A stretch of DNA of 64,000 nucleotides, from positions 14,801-78,800 of the forward strand of contig CAJUBE010000006.1 of assembly GCA_910584725.1 (NCBI GenBank), read 5' to 3'. The position numbers and the translations under genes were made by a program. Within the stretch, counting starts at the first letter, position 1. Each line of letters opens with the position of its first letter. Below the pieces are notes generated by a model. The model was given only the letters and a program-made list of their open reading frames with translations. It was not told the DNA's origin and made no database searches. Positions 63,635-64,000 of the stretch are shown here, in pieces. This DNA comes from an uncultured Lachnospiraceae bacterium (GTDB lineage: Bacteria > Bacillota > Clostridia > Lachnospirales > Lachnospiraceae).

Positions 63635-63712
63635 GGCATTCTCCCGAGTGAGATTTAGTACTTCTTGGCGTCCCGTCCTATGGCGGGACGTCTTTAGAAG
63701 TACTTCTCACTC
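63617..63712. repeat. REP-like element, modules B+C, between convergent genes
   Basis: ggagaatgcc-N8-ggcattctcc (encodes the last codons GECRS* of the LytTR gene); gagtgaga; ttagtacttcttggcgtcccg...cgggacgtctttagaagtacttct; cactc. Confidence 0.8.
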
Positions 63713-63714
63713 TG

Positions 63715-64000
63715 TTATAGGGTCACAATCACCCCGCCGTCGTTGGCATACATGCTGCTGACCCCGGCGGTGTCCATAACCAGAATCCGTTTATAGGAGG
63801 CGCGCTTCTCCATCAGACTGCGCATATACGCCGCCCGCTCCGCACAGTTACAGTGGGTAATCATCAGCGTTCTCTCCTCCGGGTTCTCCACATCGCCCAC
63901 GATAAAGTCCGCCATCCGGGCAAGCGCCTTATTGATGCCGATCGCCTGTCCCTTCTGTTCAATGACGCCCCAGTTTCCCACCATCACAGGTTTGATATTT
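63715..64000 (-). CDS. DegV-family fatty-acid-binding protein (5' end outside the window)
   Basis: C-terminal sequence ...ITHCNCAERAAYMRSLMEKR...VMDTAGVSSMYANDGGVIVTL. The frame stays open to the window edge. Confidence 0.7.
   Translation of the reverse strand, partial: NIKPVMVGNWGVIEQKGQAIGINKALARMADFIVGDVENPEERTLMITHCNCAERAAYMRSLMEKRASYKRILVMDTAGVSSMYANDGGVIVTL

Noticed and set aside
1-64000. Search for tRNA, rRNA, tmRNA, transposase, integrase, phage structural genes
   Set aside because: No intergenic region has cloverleaf-like or rRNA-like sequence, and no ORF has DDE, tyrosine- or serine-recombinase motifs that I could recognise. The mobility mechanism of the AT-rich islands therefore remains unassigned.

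Overview
64-kb chromosomal window from a moderately GC-rich Firmicute. Gene content looks Clostridia-like: GerM, ComEA/ComEC/ComEB, DegV, a BceAB-type module, ECF-RibU behind an FMN riboswitch. Most genes are on the minus strand. I found no rRNA, tRNA, CRISPR array, transposase or integrase. Housekeeping content: a GT2 fragment; a DUF1653 / 5'-nucleotidase / SfsA::MutY-fusion cluster behind a LexA-box promoter; thrH; holA; comEC; a GerM + OmpR/HK two-component cluster; comEA; argD-argB-argJ and argG; comEB; ProX/YbaK; several GNATs. Accessory content: (1) A visibly AT-rich ~10-kb type I R-M island (26.1-36.3 kb) whose hsdM/hsdS/hsdR genes are interleaved with five extra genes: a class II Fic, a translationally coupled nucleotidyltransferase-like + DUF262 pair, and an RHH::VbhA antitoxin + Fic toxin pair with its own consensus promoter directly upstream of hsdR. 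(2) A BceRS/BceAB-type peptide-antibiotic resistance cassette (38.5-44.7 kb) that sits next to a truncated AraC gene. It has a PIN/AbrB toxin-antitoxin pair wedged between its response regulator and kinase, and two paralogous ~65-aa genes with near-identical consensus promoters. (3) Small AT-rich single-gene patches (50.7-51.3 kb flanked by 40-bp direct repeats; RhuM at 57.1-58.1 kb). Non-genic signals: a modular family of nested-palindrome (REP-like) elements in at least five intergenic gaps; the 10-mer TTATGTAAAC/GTTTACATAA present 14 times, identical to the XerD arm of Firmicute dif as I recall it, with a same-orientation cluster around a 64-aa ORF at 52.75-53.19 kb; and a chemoreceptor gene split by a frameshift in a T7 run. 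My best candidate for an undescribed system is the NTase-like + DUF262 pair embedded in the type I R-M operon. All function calls come from reading the translations; no database search was possible.
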